Source: a virus
IMG/VR virus record: IMGVR_UViG_3300044630_006584
DNA: 64,000 nt
Reading direction: 5' to 3' (one strand)
Shown: positions 47,479-56,297 of the stretch, piece after piece
Position numbering within the stretch: the first letter of the stretch is position 1
Layout: every line of letters begins with the position of its first letter
Made by a program: the position numbers and the translations under genes
Notes under the pieces: generated by a model
Told to the model about the DNA's origin: nothing
The model's database searches: none
What the model saw: only the letters and a program-made list of their open reading frames with translations

Positions 47479-48966
47479 ATGCTTATCACCGAGAGAGTCC
47501 TTAGGTTTGGCAACTTTTTAAACGAGTCAGCCAGTAATAGCCCAGTTAATGTCGTTATATTATCAGGCACAGCGAAGCCAAGCAAGACATCAAAGCAATT
47601 TATGAAGGTATGCTCCGATAGAGGTATAGAATGCCATGTTATAAATGTTAATAATGCTAGGATTAAAAAAGTCTATAATGGACACGTAATTGAGGATATA
47701 GCTAACAATGTTAAAGTTTCTATAGATCCAAATACAACAGCCATCATACCGAGAAGAGGAGTTATCAATAACTCCCATACTATTTCGGTTATGAAAGCAT
47801 TGGAAGATGCTAGATACTTCTGCGTGAACACGCTAGATTCAATATTAGCTTGTGAGAATAAATTCACCACTTGTGAAATAATGGAATCCCACGATCTACC
47901 AGTTCCTAAGTTTGCACTGGTTCCAGATGAGAAATCTCTGGACGCTGCTCTAGCATCTGTTGGAGGTAAATTCCCGATTGTTATGAAATTACTTTCTGGC
48001 TCCCAAGGAATAGGGGTTTCTTTGGTTGATTCTTATTCATCACTTAAGTCGGTTTACCAGACAATTAAGAAACTAAATCCAACTAGTGAGATCCTATTAC
48101 AGGAGAAAATTGATTCGGATTTCGATTTAAGAATACAGGTACTTGTTAAAAAGCTTAATGCTTTGGAGCCGGAGGACGATAATGCTGTTATCCTGGGTGT
48201 TATGAAAAGATCTGCAGTTAAAGGGGATTTTAGAACCAATTATTCACTGGGCGGATCAGTTTCTAAATATGAGATAGACGACGATCTTACTGAAATGGCG
48301 ATTAGAGCTGCTACTGCAGTTGGCTGCCACTGGTGTGGCGTTGATATCATGATCGATAGCAAAACAGGCAAACCTTATATCCTGGAAGTTAATGCTTCCC
48401 CTGGAACTGAAGGTATTTCTAAGGCCATAGATAAGCCTATTGTTAATGATGTTATAGACTATGTCACTAAGAAATCAAATTGGACATTCTCTAATCTAGA
48501 GGTTGGATATCTGGAGAATATCAAGATACCAGGAATAGGAGAGATGATTGCTAAATTTGACACAGGTAATGGAGCTAAGTCTTGTACTATACACGCAGAT
48601 AAAATAGAAAAAAAAGGTGGTAAATTAATTTGGTCTATAGGCAGCAAAGAGTTTACCTCTGATATTATGGGATATAGCATGGCGGAGGTTGGATCTGATA
48701 TCGATAAAAGACCCATTATACATCTAGATATAGAATTTAACTCTGTTAGAGTTAAAAATGTAAGGGTATCTCCAGTAGACAGAACAGAGAAAAGCACACC
48801 ATTTCTTGTCAATAGAGCATTTATGAGAAGACTGGGTCTTATAGTTAATCCACATAAGGCTTTCTTAGCAACCAAAGAGCCAAAAGATGAATATTCTCCT
48901 GGAGAATCTAAAGGTGAACCACATGCTGGAATTCTTTTCAAAGAATCAAAAAAGAACAAGAAATGA
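47479..48966 (+). CDS. rimK: RimK-like ATP-grasp ligase fused to a retropepsin-like (RimB / ATP-dependent Zn protease family) domain
   Basis: ENKF, KLLSGSQGIGV, LLQEKI, DLRIQV, FRTNYSLGG, GVDIM, LEVNASPG; C-terminal AKFDTGNGA.S...RPII...DRTEKSTPFLVNR. Confidence 0.85.
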   Translation: MLITERVLRFGNFLNESASNSPVNVVILSGTAKPSKTSKQFMKVCSDRGIECHVINVNNARIKKVYNGHVIEDIANNVKVSIDPNTTAIIPRRGVINNSHTISVMKALEDARYFCVNTLDSILACENKFTTCEIMESHDLPVPKFALVPDEKSLDAALASVGGKFPIVMKLLSGSQGIGVSLVDSYSSLKSVYQTIKKLNPTSEILLQEKIDSDFDLRIQVLVKKLNALEPEDDNAVILGVMKRSAVKGDFRTNYSLGGSVSKYEIDDDLTEMAIRAATAVGCHWCGVDIMIDSKTGKPYILEVNASPGTEGISKAIDKPIVNDVIDYVTKKSNWTFSNLEVGYLENIKIPGIGEMIAKFDTGNGAKSCTIHADKIEKKGGKLIWSIGSKEFTSDIMGYSMAEVGSDIDKRPIIHLDIEFNSVRVKNVRVSPVDRTEKSTPFLVNRAFMRRLGLIVNPHKAFLATKEPKDEYSPGESKGEPHAGILFKESKKNKK

Positions 48967-49280
48967 ACAATATATTATTATTTGAGGATTTCCTCCAGGA
49001 GCTAAGCCTTTCGGATGACATACAAAAGAGAATCAAGGAGTGGATGGCTAATAACGAATCAGAATTTGATTTTAAAGACGATAGCAGCTTTGAGGAAAAT
49101 GCGGATACGGTAGTGGATGACTGTATGACTGATCTAAACATAAACAAATCTCTAAAGAGTGATGTTAAGGATTTCATGCAGAATCAGATGGACTTATCCG
49201 ACGGCATATCTGTTATCATGAGTCCGGGAAAAGAACTTAACCTGAATCCTATCGACCAGGTTCAGAGATTCCAATATTAA
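48963..49280 (+). CDS. Hypothetical acidic protein with capsid-targeting-like N-terminus
   Basis: MNNILLFEDFLQE. Confidence 0.6.
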   Translation: MNNILLFEDFLQELSLSDDIQKRIKEWMANNESEFDFKDDSSFEENADTVVDDCMTDLNINKSLKSDVKDFMQNQMDLSDGISVIMSPGKELNLNPIDQVQRFQY

Positions 49281-49292
49281 TAAACAAGAACA

Positions 49293-49589
49293 ATGGAAAA
49301 TTTAAAAGAAAAAATAGGTGAAGGAATTCACCTGGTAGATTTTTGGGCTGAGTGGTGTTCCCCCTGTAAGACGTTAACCCCGGTCATTTCAGAATTGCAA
49401 GAGAAGTACGATGGTAAAGCTGGTATTCATAAAGTGAATGTTGACGAAAATCCCGAATTAACAAAAGAACTTGGTATAAGATCCATACCAACTGTTATCC
49501 TTTTCAAGGACGGGCAGGAGATGGAAAGAATAGCTGGAGTTAAGGAAATCTCGCTATATGATGAAAAAATCAAAGCTTTCTTGAACTAA
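49293..49589 (+). CDS. trxA: Thioredoxin
   Basis: DFWAEWCSPCK, IRSIPT. Confidence 0.92.
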   Translation: MENLKEKIGEGIHLVDFWAEWCSPCKTLTPVISELQEKYDGKAGIHKVNVDENPELTKELGIRSIPTVILFKDGQEMERIAGVKEISLYDEKIKAFLN

Positions 49590-49650
49590 TCACGAAACCT
49601 TTCCAATTCTAGGCTCATATAATCTTGGTAACTAAAAATTCCAAATTGAT

Positions 49651-51111
49651 ATGAGCCTTATTTCTGCCCTAAGAACTGAAGACAGACTAACCGAAAACGG
49701 TATGGTCACAAATTCAACTTCTCTTAATTCCTGCGTGGATTTTTTCTTCCAAGCGGGTGCATATAGAAAAGCGGAAGAGGCTGATATCATAGCTTCTTTC
49801 TCTGCAGCATTTGCACAGGATCAACTAAGAGCTCTAAAGATTCTTTTCTGGGCTAGGGACGTCAGAGGCGGAGCAGGCGAGAGAAGAGTATTTCGTATTT
49901 GCATTTCGCATCTTGCCAAATATCACTTACCTTATTTAATGGCTAATCTTGATGTCATTACAGAGTATGGCAGATGGGATGATTACTTGGTTCTATTGGG
50001 ACTACAGAATGATAAGTTATCTCAGGAGGTATCCGGCATCATTCTTAAATCTATCAAGGAAGATAGAAATGCACTTGCTGCTAAGTGGATGCCTAGAAAA
50101 GGACCTATTGCCAACCAGCTTCGTAAGAGCTGGAGGATGACACCAAAGGGGTATAGAAAACTTCTAGTTGAAACTAGCAATGTGATCGAAACACACATGT
50201 GTGCTAAGGAGTGGGCAAAGATAAACTACTCACAGGTTCCCTCTGTTGCTGCTGCTAGATACCCAAGAGCATTCATGAAGAATGACACGGACAGATACAG
50301 AGAATATCTTGCAGCTCTGGCAAATCCAACTCTTTATGAAGCAAATGTCAAAGTGAATGCATCTGCTGTTTATCCCTATGATGTTGTGAAGACACTAAGA
50401 AGAGGAGTAGAGGAATTGGCGGTTGAACAATGGAAAGCTCTTCCTAATTATCTAGAGGGCAACACCAAGATGATCCTTCCGGTTGTTGACGTGTCGGGTT
50501 CTATGGGATGCTCGGTATCTGATGGCAGCACATTGACATGCATGGATGTTGCTATCTCTTTAGGACTTTACATCTCCGAAAAAAATACTGGTGCTTTCCA
50601 GGACGCTTTTATCACATTCTCTGAGAGACCACATCTTCAATATCTAAAGGGAAATCTGAAAGAGAGATTCAATCAGTTGGAGTCAGCTGAGTGGGGTATG
50701 TCAACTAACCTAGAGTCAGTTTTTAAGCTTATCCTAAAAAAGGCTAAATCTGAAAATCTTGATGCTAGAGAGATGCCAGAACAAATTATGATTCTTTCTG
50801 ATATGCAGTTTAATGAAGCTATTTCTGACCCATCACTAACTGCTTACAGCATGATCCGTGAAAATTTTGAGAAAGCAGGATACGCTATGCCAGAGATAGT
50901 TTTCTGGAATCTGCAATCAAGAGACAGAAACGTACCGGTTAGATTCGATGAGGCTGGCACTGCTTTAATCTCTGGATTCTCACCAGCTATTTTAACTTCT
51001 CTATTGAACGGAACAGGGATCACTCCGGTTTTGATTATGGATGAAACGTTAAATAAATCAAGATATTCAAAAATTTCTTTACCTAATACTGAAACTTTTG
51101 ATAACAACTAG
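49651..51111 (+). CDS. DUF2828 family protein (Ro60/TROVE-like helical domain + vWA)
   Basis: TENG, LFWARDVRGGAGER, YGRWDD, AAKWMPR, VVDVSGSMG (MIDAS), TFSE, ILSDMQF, FWNL, SGFS. Confidence 0.85.
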   Translation: MSLISALRTEDRLTENGMVTNSTSLNSCVDFFFQAGAYRKAEEADIIASFSAAFAQDQLRALKILFWARDVRGGAGERRVFRICISHLAKYHLPYLMANLDVITEYGRWDDYLVLLGLQNDKLSQEVSGIILKSIKEDRNALAAKWMPRKGPIANQLRKSWRMTPKGYRKLLVETSNVIETHMCAKEWAKINYSQVPSVAAARYPRAFMKNDTDRYREYLAALANPTLYEANVKVNASAVYPYDVVKTLRRGVEELAVEQWKALPNYLEGNTKMILPVVDVSGSMGCSVSDGSTLTCMDVAISLGLYISEKNTGAFQDAFITFSERPHLQYLKGNLKERFNQLESAEWGMSTNLESVFKLILKKAKSENLDAREMPEQIMILSDMQFNEAISDPSLTAYSMIRENFEKAGYAMPEIVFWNLQSRDRNVPVRFDEAGTALISGFSPAILTSLLNGTGITPVLIMDETLNKSRYSKISLPNTETFDNN

Positions 51112-51119
51112 TATATAAT
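51091..51119 (+). promoter_or_regulatory. Representative GAAAC-N18-TATAAT promoter-like element upstream of the small RNAs
   Basis: Similar bipartite sites at 20136, 49594, 51753, 16517, 22709. Confidence 0.5.
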
Positions 51120-51133
51120 ATCTAAATAAATAA

Positions 51134-51220
51134 GGAATCGTTTCAGCAAAAAAATAATAAATTACAACGATTGATTATCAAGCCAGAGATCGCAAGATCA
51201 AAGGCAAAAACACCGATTCC
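51134..51220 (+). ncRNA. Putative small structured RNA, copy 1 (terminal stem GGAAUCG/CGAUUCC)
   Basis: 7-bp terminal complementarity, conserved TTTCAGCAAA after the 5' strand, internal GATC-GCAA-GATC hairpin. Confidence 0.55.
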
Positions 51221-51250
51221 GTTTTATTTTTCAGATAAGCATTGAAATAA

Positions 51251-51306
51251 GGGATTGTTTCAGCAAATTAAAAAACTATACAATTTGGAATGTAAAACCC
51301 AATCCC
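51251..51306 (+). ncRNA. Putative small structured RNA, copy 2 (terminal stem GGGAUUG/CAAUCCC)
   Basis: Same architecture as copy 1 with two compensatory base-pair changes. Confidence 0.55.
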
Positions 51307-51313
51307 GTTCCAC

Positions 51314-51343
51314 AAAACCCAGATGTAAAAGTCTGGGTTTTTT
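51314..51343 (+). terminator. Rho-independent terminator after the small-RNA pair
   Basis: AAAACCCAGA...TCTGGGTTTTTT. Confidence 0.8.
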
Positions 51344-51357
51344 CATATATAATGAAC

Positions 51358-51721
51358 GGGGATGTTAATGGCATTGACGTGCAACGGAAGTTCTTTGAGA
51401 TGATGCAGGCAGTGTTAGATGGAAACACTTTAAATACCTATCAAAACGATAAATGACAACTCTTACGTAGAGTCAGCTGAGTTTGCTCTTGCAGCCTAAG
51501 CTACGGGTCGGTACGACCTAGGAACAGAAAGTACCCAGAAGCTGTACACAGCAAACCCGAAGAAATCAGACATCTGATGGATTCACTGACTAACGCTGAA
51601 GTCAGATCAAAAAATACAGCAAAAACAGTTTGTACGGAGTTCTGATAAACCGATACTAAGCCTGTGAACGAGTCCTCTGCGCTTGTTGAGACGGACCCGG
51701 GTTCGACCCCCGGCATCTCCA
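51358..51721 (+). ncRNA. ssrA: tmRNA (one-piece); tag (A)DNSYVESAEFALAA at 51455-51499; CCA not encoded (CTA follows)
   Basis: Acceptor stem GGGGATG/CATCTCC-A with G3:U70, 5' GGCATTGAC, T-arm CCGGGTTCGACCCCCGG, ALAA-ending tag after ATAAAT. Confidence 0.93.
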
Positions 51722-51723
51722 CT

Positions 51724-51748
51724 AAAGGGAGCAATTTGCTCCCTTTTT
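51724..51748 (+). terminator. Rho-independent terminator after tmRNA
   Basis: AAAGGGAGCA-ATT-TGCTCCCTTTTT. Confidence 0.85.
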
Positions 51749-51806
51749 ATTTGAAACTTTTTTTTAGACAGGTATATAGAATACTAAACTTAAAACAAAA
51801 AACAAA

Positions 51807-52208
51807 ATGATTTATTTATTTGCAATTTTAGCCTTGACTATAGCAGTCATAGTGGGCTACCAGATTTACTCAGCTGTATCCAAGGATCAAAAGAAGATCG
51901 ATCGTGAAATGGAAGAAGAGCCAACAGTATTAGATAATGGGATAGATTACACGACATCAGAGCCAGAGACTTTCAAATACGATGAGATTAAATGGGAATC
52001 TACAGCTACTGTAGAATCCACAATCGATTACACATTGGCAGGAACTACAGTAACACAAGTTGTTGAAGTAAAAGAGGAAAAGCCTAAGAAGAAGAAAAGC
52101 TACTATAAGAAAAAGGATAAGAAAAGCTCAGGCGAAAAAGCAGCTCCTAAAATGAAAGCTAAGGGACCTAAAAAGAAAGGCGGAAAAGACGATTTGCTTT
52201 TAAGCTAA
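51807..52208 (+). CDS. Membrane-anchored protein with lysine-rich tail
   Basis: N-terminal TM helix, acidic middle, KKKK-rich C-terminus. Confidence 0.6.
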   Translation: MIYLFAILALTIAVIVGYQIYSAVSKDQKKIDREMEEEPTVLDNGIDYTTSEPETFKYDEIKWESTATVESTIDYTLAGTTVTQVVEVKEEKPKKKKSYYKKKDKKSSGEKAAPKMKAKGPKKKGGKDDLLLS

Positions 52209-52225
52209 AATATTCGAAATAAAAT

Positions 52226-52257
52226 AAAAAAACCCTGAGATTATCTCAGGGTTTTTT
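52226..52257. terminator. Bidirectional terminator between convergent genes
   Basis: AAAAAAACCCTGAGA-TTA-TCTCAGGGTTTTTT. Confidence 0.85.
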
Positions 52258-52674
52258 GTTGCCTAAATATTTATATTTTTCTAATTTACGCCTGTAGTCT
52301 AATTCATACGTGTAGCAAATAACATCCTCTAGATTATCTTCCATATCGACCATTGAATTTATAAAGAAGAGTCTCATTGATTCTTTGATTAGAATTGCAG
52401 AAAGATCTTCTATAGATCCCTGCTCGAGCTCTTTAACCGGTATAAGGATAGCACCATTTGAGAAAGACATTATGGAATCAGAATCCCAGAAATCTATCTT
52501 ATTACAGTTATCCAAAAGAATATTATACATGGAACTATCTGTTTCCTCTACTAGTGAAATAGCAGAATTTACCTTATCCTCTAATTTCCCGTTGGTCCCA
52601 GATATCACTATCTGTGAGCCAGCATTCAAAGAAATTGACAACAACGCTAATGTAATTGGAATGTTAAGTTTCAT
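52246..52674 (-). CDS. Secreted/periplasmic hypothetical protein
   Basis: Signal peptide MKLNIPITLALLSISLNAGS. Confidence 0.55.
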   Translation of the reverse strand: MKLNIPITLALLSISLNAGSQIVISGTNGKLEDKVNSAISLVEETDSSMYNILLDNCNKIDFWDSDSIMSFSNGAILIPVKELEQGSIEDLSAILIKESMRLFFINSMVDMEDNLEDVICYTYELDYRRKLEKYKYLGNKKP

Positions 52675-52679
52675 GTGTA

Positions 52680-53237
52680 TTAAGCTTTTTCTTCCTCTGT
52701 GCCCTCAGTGTATTCCTCTGTGTAGTTCACATCAGCAGGTTCTTCGTACACATCAGCAACCGGTTCTTCATATGGTTCTACCACAGGCTCGTTATGAAAA
52801 GCTACAGGCTCCTCCACTACTGGCTCAGAAACAACCTCTTCTTTTCTTATAATTATAATCGGCTCCTGAGGAGGTCTTGGAGTTGTTGGATACTCGGTAA
52901 CGCTAGATAGGCTACTTCCATCCTCCTCGTCAACCTTTTGGATTAACATCTTGTCTCTGTCTTCTGAATTGAACCAATAGTCAACTACTTTGTTTAGGTT
53001 ACCAACAAAGGCTCCAAACAGGATCAGAAGCATTTCTTTCCAGTTTTCTGCTATTTCCAATTGGAACATAACTGCCATATTGATACCGAAAATAATAAAG
53101 AAGAACAAGAACAATACTATCCCTGTAATTCTCCATCTGTTTGCCTGCATCTGTTGTAACATGTAGTAGAAACGGTTTTTGTCCTCTACCTTTACATAAG
53201 GCGCTTCTTGAAATAACATCCTTTTTAATCTGCTCAT
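52680..53237 (-). CDS. Two-TM membrane protein with acidic Pro-rich tail (holin-like motif)
   Basis: Two TM helices ending LLILFGAFVGNLNKVVDYWFNS; EEPVA repeats. Confidence 0.6.
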   Translation of the reverse strand: MSRLKRMLFQEAPYVKVEDKNRFYYMLQQMQANRWRITGIVLFLFFFIIFGINMAVMFQLEIAENWKEMLLILFGAFVGNLNKVVDYWFNSEDRDKMLIQKVDEEDGSSLSSVTEYPTTPRPPQEPIIIIRKEEVVSEPVVEEPVAFHNEPVVEPYEEPVADVYEEPADVNYTEEYTEGTEEEKA

Positions 53238-53246
53238 TTTTTTAAT

Positions 53247-53933
53247 TTATTTTTCTTCTTTGCTAGGGGATGACCCGTACTTAACACCGAGAATAGTTCC
53301 AACTATACTGAAACTGTTTGTTAACAGGATACCGAACATATTACTCCAGGTGGAGCCTATAATATCAGTGTCCATCCCTATTGTCATAGAGTAAACATAA
53401 ATTCCAGTAGTTATTGTCCCTACACCGATGATTACATATAGAGCAACCCTAACAATATTATTTATTAACTCAAATTGAGTTTTCTTTTGGATTAGGTCCA
53501 GGTTGTTTTCCGCTTCTTTCTTAGCGTTTTCTGCAATGACTCTTGCTTGTTCGGATTGTTTCATAGCCTCAATAAGCTCAGCCCCTATCTTTTCATTTTC
53601 TTTTTTCCATTCAAGAAGTTCTGAGTTTTGGCTTTCAATTTGATTCTTTTGGTCCTCCATACTTGTTAAAGTATTCTGGAGTTCCTCCATCATTCTTTGA
53701 TTTTCCTCGTTTAACTCAGTTAAGTCTTTGTTCTGAACTTGTACCTGTTTAGTTATCTCCAAACGTTTACGTCTAGTTAGCCCATCCTTTTCAATACAAC
53801 TTTTAAGATACTCCTTAAACTCTTCGTCGTCTTGAGCGTCTATCAATTTAGTGATATTACCTTCAAGACCAATGTTCTTGGTCTTAAAAGTTTCAAGCAA
53901 TATCTTCTTTGTATCTTTATCTAAAACAATCAT
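53247..53933 (-). CDS. Coiled-coil protein with two C-terminal TM helices
   Basis: Long heptad region, then VALYVIIGVGTITTGIYVY and MFGILLTNSFSIVGTILGV. Confidence 0.65.
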   Translation of the reverse strand: MIVLDKDTKKILLETFKTKNIGLEGNITKLIDAQDDEEFKEYLKSCIEKDGLTRRKRLEITKQVQVQNKDLTELNEENQRMMEELQNTLTSMEDQKNQIESQNSELLEWKKENEKIGAELIEAMKQSEQARVIAENAKKEAENNLDLIQKKTQFELINNIVRVALYVIIGVGTITTGIYVYSMTIGMDTDIIGSTWSNMFGILLTNSFSIVGTILGVKYGSSPSKEEK

Positions 53934-54364
53934 TACTTATAAACTTTGAAAGGAGCAGTTCTATTTCTATATCCGTCGTAGTCCTTTTTAAATTCCTCGA
54001 GTCTTGGCTCGATATCATCGGACTTAATAATCCAAAACTGAGCACCTGCCTGAAGAGCTTTAGCTTGTTCTTCAGGTTCGTTACTTGAAGAGATGATACC
54101 AATTACTACGTGGTTACCATATTCAAAGTTAACCTTACGTATAAGCTCTATACCATCAAAGGATGAACCTATAATGTTTAAATCCACAAAAACACACTCG
54201 GGTCTTCCGTTTGGATCTTTTTGCCAGTCAGCAAATAGCTTGGCAGCTTCATCAGAGCTATTTAAACTCTTCAATGACAGTGTAATGTCCAGCAGTGAGC
54301 AGCTATCTTCAAAAACTAGATGAAAAAGATTTTCATCGTCGACTAATAAAATTGAATCTATCAT
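53933..54364 (-). CDS. Single-domain response regulator (receiver only)
   Basis: LLVDD, phospho-acceptor VFVDLN, FDG, IISSS, conserved Lys in WIIKSDD. Confidence 0.88.
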   Translation of the reverse strand: MIDSILLVDDENLFHLVFEDSCSLLDITLSLKSLNSSDEAAKLFADWQKDPNGRPECVFVDLNIIGSSFDGIELIRKVNFEYGNHVVIGIISSSNEPEEQAKALQAGAQFWIIKSDDIEPRLEEFKKDYDGYRNRTAPFKVYK

Positions 54365-54372
54365 TTTTTTCT

Positions 54373-55695
54373 TTATTTTATTTTTATTTTCATCCTGGTC
54401 CCACTTTCAATTTTTTCACAACTCAATTTAAAACCATGTTCTTCTAATATTGCAACACATATGTTCAATCCAAGACCCTTCTCGTCACCAGTGACATCAG
54501 CCTTCTTTGAATATTTTGTTAAATGTTTTTCAAATTGTTTTTGTGAGAATCCTCTGCCGTTGTCCTCAACTATTAAATATTCTTCCTCGTTATATATTTT
54601 AACCTTTTTAGATTCGCTATCGTTATATGACAAGCCATTCTTAATTAAGTTCTCAACCGCGTTACAGAATAAAGTCTCATTTACTTCCAGGTCACCCAAG
54701 TTAGCTATCTCAACCTGTGAACTATATGAATTTGGTGATACGTATTTCCAAATCAAATCTTTAGCGTTAACCACAGATTTATTTAATACAACATTTTGTT
54801 TAACAAGATTAGTGAATTCATATACACTCTTATAAACTCTCTGGGTATGACTCAATCCCTCTTTAACCATCTTAAGTGCCCCTTCGATCTTTAATCTTTG
54901 GATGTCCTCAGCGGTTAATCTTTTTTCTAATGAACTAATACCCCTTGGCATATATGTGTTGATACCTGAGTGCATGTCATGCCGAATGATTCTTGCCGCA
55001 TGCTCCAAATAGCTGTTCTTCTTAGCAATATCACTAATCTGTTGTTCAATTTCAACATCTTGTACATTTATTCTTTTTCTCTGTAAAACAACAGCTAACA
55101 TTAAACCGAACAAAACTAAAACACCTAAAGAGCTATAAAGATATTTCTTTAAGGTTTCTCTTTCTTTTTCTAAATCAGTTTTCTCGTGTATTAAGTTTCC
55201 ATTCTCATCTGTTAAGTCACCAGTCTCCAAAGTTAAACCGATAATATTCTTTTCTTTACCTAATGAACCGATTGTATTTTCTTTGGATTTAATAAGTTCT
55301 TCATTTCTAACCGCTTGAGCCAATAGTGAATCTCGCTCAGCAGTAAGTTTAGCAAGTTTATTATCAATTTGAGCTAATATATTTTTCAAATTTTCTTTAG
55401 GTAAATCACTATATGAATTTGGTAAATCTTCCATGAATTTAACATCCTCAGTGATACTTGCTAAATCCCCCGCTGAAAGTTTAGTGACATCAACAGGTTC
55501 TGGCTCTGGTTCTGGAGAAACCCAAGTGGTAATAATTTCTTGTATACTCATAGCAGAAACTTGTAAAGTATCCAGATCATCATTTGTCCACGATGTGTCT
55601 ATCGCATCAACGATAGTATCTTTATAACTAACTTCTTGCGAATATGAACTTGATGTTACAAGGATAGCTGAAAGTAAGAGTATCATCTTTTTCAT
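54373..55695 (-). CDS. Sensor histidine kinase (signal peptide, extracytoplasmic coiled coil, 1 TM)
   Basis: H-box RIIRHDMHSG, N-box ENLIKNGLSY, G1 EDNGRG, G2 GLGLNIC. Confidence 0.88.
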   Translation of the reverse strand: MKKMILLLSAILVTSSSYSQEVSYKDTIVDAIDTSWTNDDLDTLQVSAMSIQEIITTWVSPEPEPEPVDVTKLSAGDLASITEDVKFMEDLPNSYSDLPKENLKNILAQIDNKLAKLTAERDSLLAQAVRNEELIKSKENTIGSLGKEKNIIGLTLETGDLTDENGNLIHEKTDLEKERETLKKYLYSSLGVLVLFGLMLAVVLQRKRINVQDVEIEQQISDIAKKNSYLEHAARIIRHDMHSGINTYMPRGISSLEKRLTAEDIQRLKIEGALKMVKEGLSHTQRVYKSVYEFTNLVKQNVVLNKSVVNAKDLIWKYVSPNSYSSQVEIANLGDLEVNETLFCNAVENLIKNGLSYNDSESKKVKIYNEEEYLIVEDNGRGFSQKQFEKHLTKYSKKADVTGDEKGLGLNICVAILEEHGFKLSCEKIESGTRMKIKIK

Positions 55696-56297
55696 TTCTT
55701 TAATAAGTTTTTATTTTTCCAAATCCTTTGTTCATATAATCTAAGCTCTTTTTCAAAATCTTTAAATTGAATACCTTTAAAATAGTCAACAGCGGGGTAA
55801 TATTCTTGATTATATTGTTTTTTTAATTCATTCCAATATTCATATTCCTTTGGAGTCATTCTAATCAATTGAATTGTTTCTCCATAATCAATGCTGGTCA
55901 TGTTGTAATCGTCTAGGTTTATGAAGTAGATGGAATTGTAAGGTGGGATTGTGTATACCAAACTTGGTCCAGCCGCCAACTCAAATAATATAAGATTAAT
56001 TTCATCCGCCCATTTGTAAGTTGTGTCAGCAACATATTGAATACTATCAACCGTACCGTTAAGTTTAGTTACCGCGTTAGTTAAACTGTCAATCTTTTTA
56101 TTTTGTGCCAGTATTTTTTTATTCTGTTCTCTTATAATTTTTCTTTGAGTATCGATTACCTTATTAACATCTAAAGATTGCTTGATAGTTAAAATAACAA
56201 CAGAGTCACCCTTATAGATTGTTTGAATTGGGTATTTTAACTGTCCCGTAGTAACAGCGGAAATCATTAAAAAGATTAAGGTTATTAGTGTTTTCAT
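55692..56297 (-). CDS. Secreted coiled-coil protein
   Basis: Signal peptide MKTLITLIFLMISAVTTG; heptad region; overlaps both kinase genes. Confidence 0.6.
   Translation of the reverse strand: MKTLITLIFLMISAVTTGQLKYPIQTIYKGDSVVILTIKQSLDVNKVIDTQRKIIREQNKKILAQNKKIDSLTNAVTKLNGTVDSIQYVADTTYKWADEINLILFELAAGPSLVYTIPPYNSIYFINLDDYNMTSIDYGETIQLIRMTPKEYEYWNELKKQYNQEYYPAVDYFKGIQFKDFEKELRLYEQRIWKNKNLLKK

Noticed and set aside
51112-51343. CRISPR mini-array or tRNA genes in the repeats after DUF2828
   Set aside because: Only two imperfect copies, paired ends enclose the variable part rather than repeat-spacer alternation, no cas genes, and no TTCGA T-loop or cloverleaf
51501-51734. 77 aa minus-strand ORF
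   Set aside because: Antisense to tmRNA; a typical spurious translation of the structured RNA 3' end
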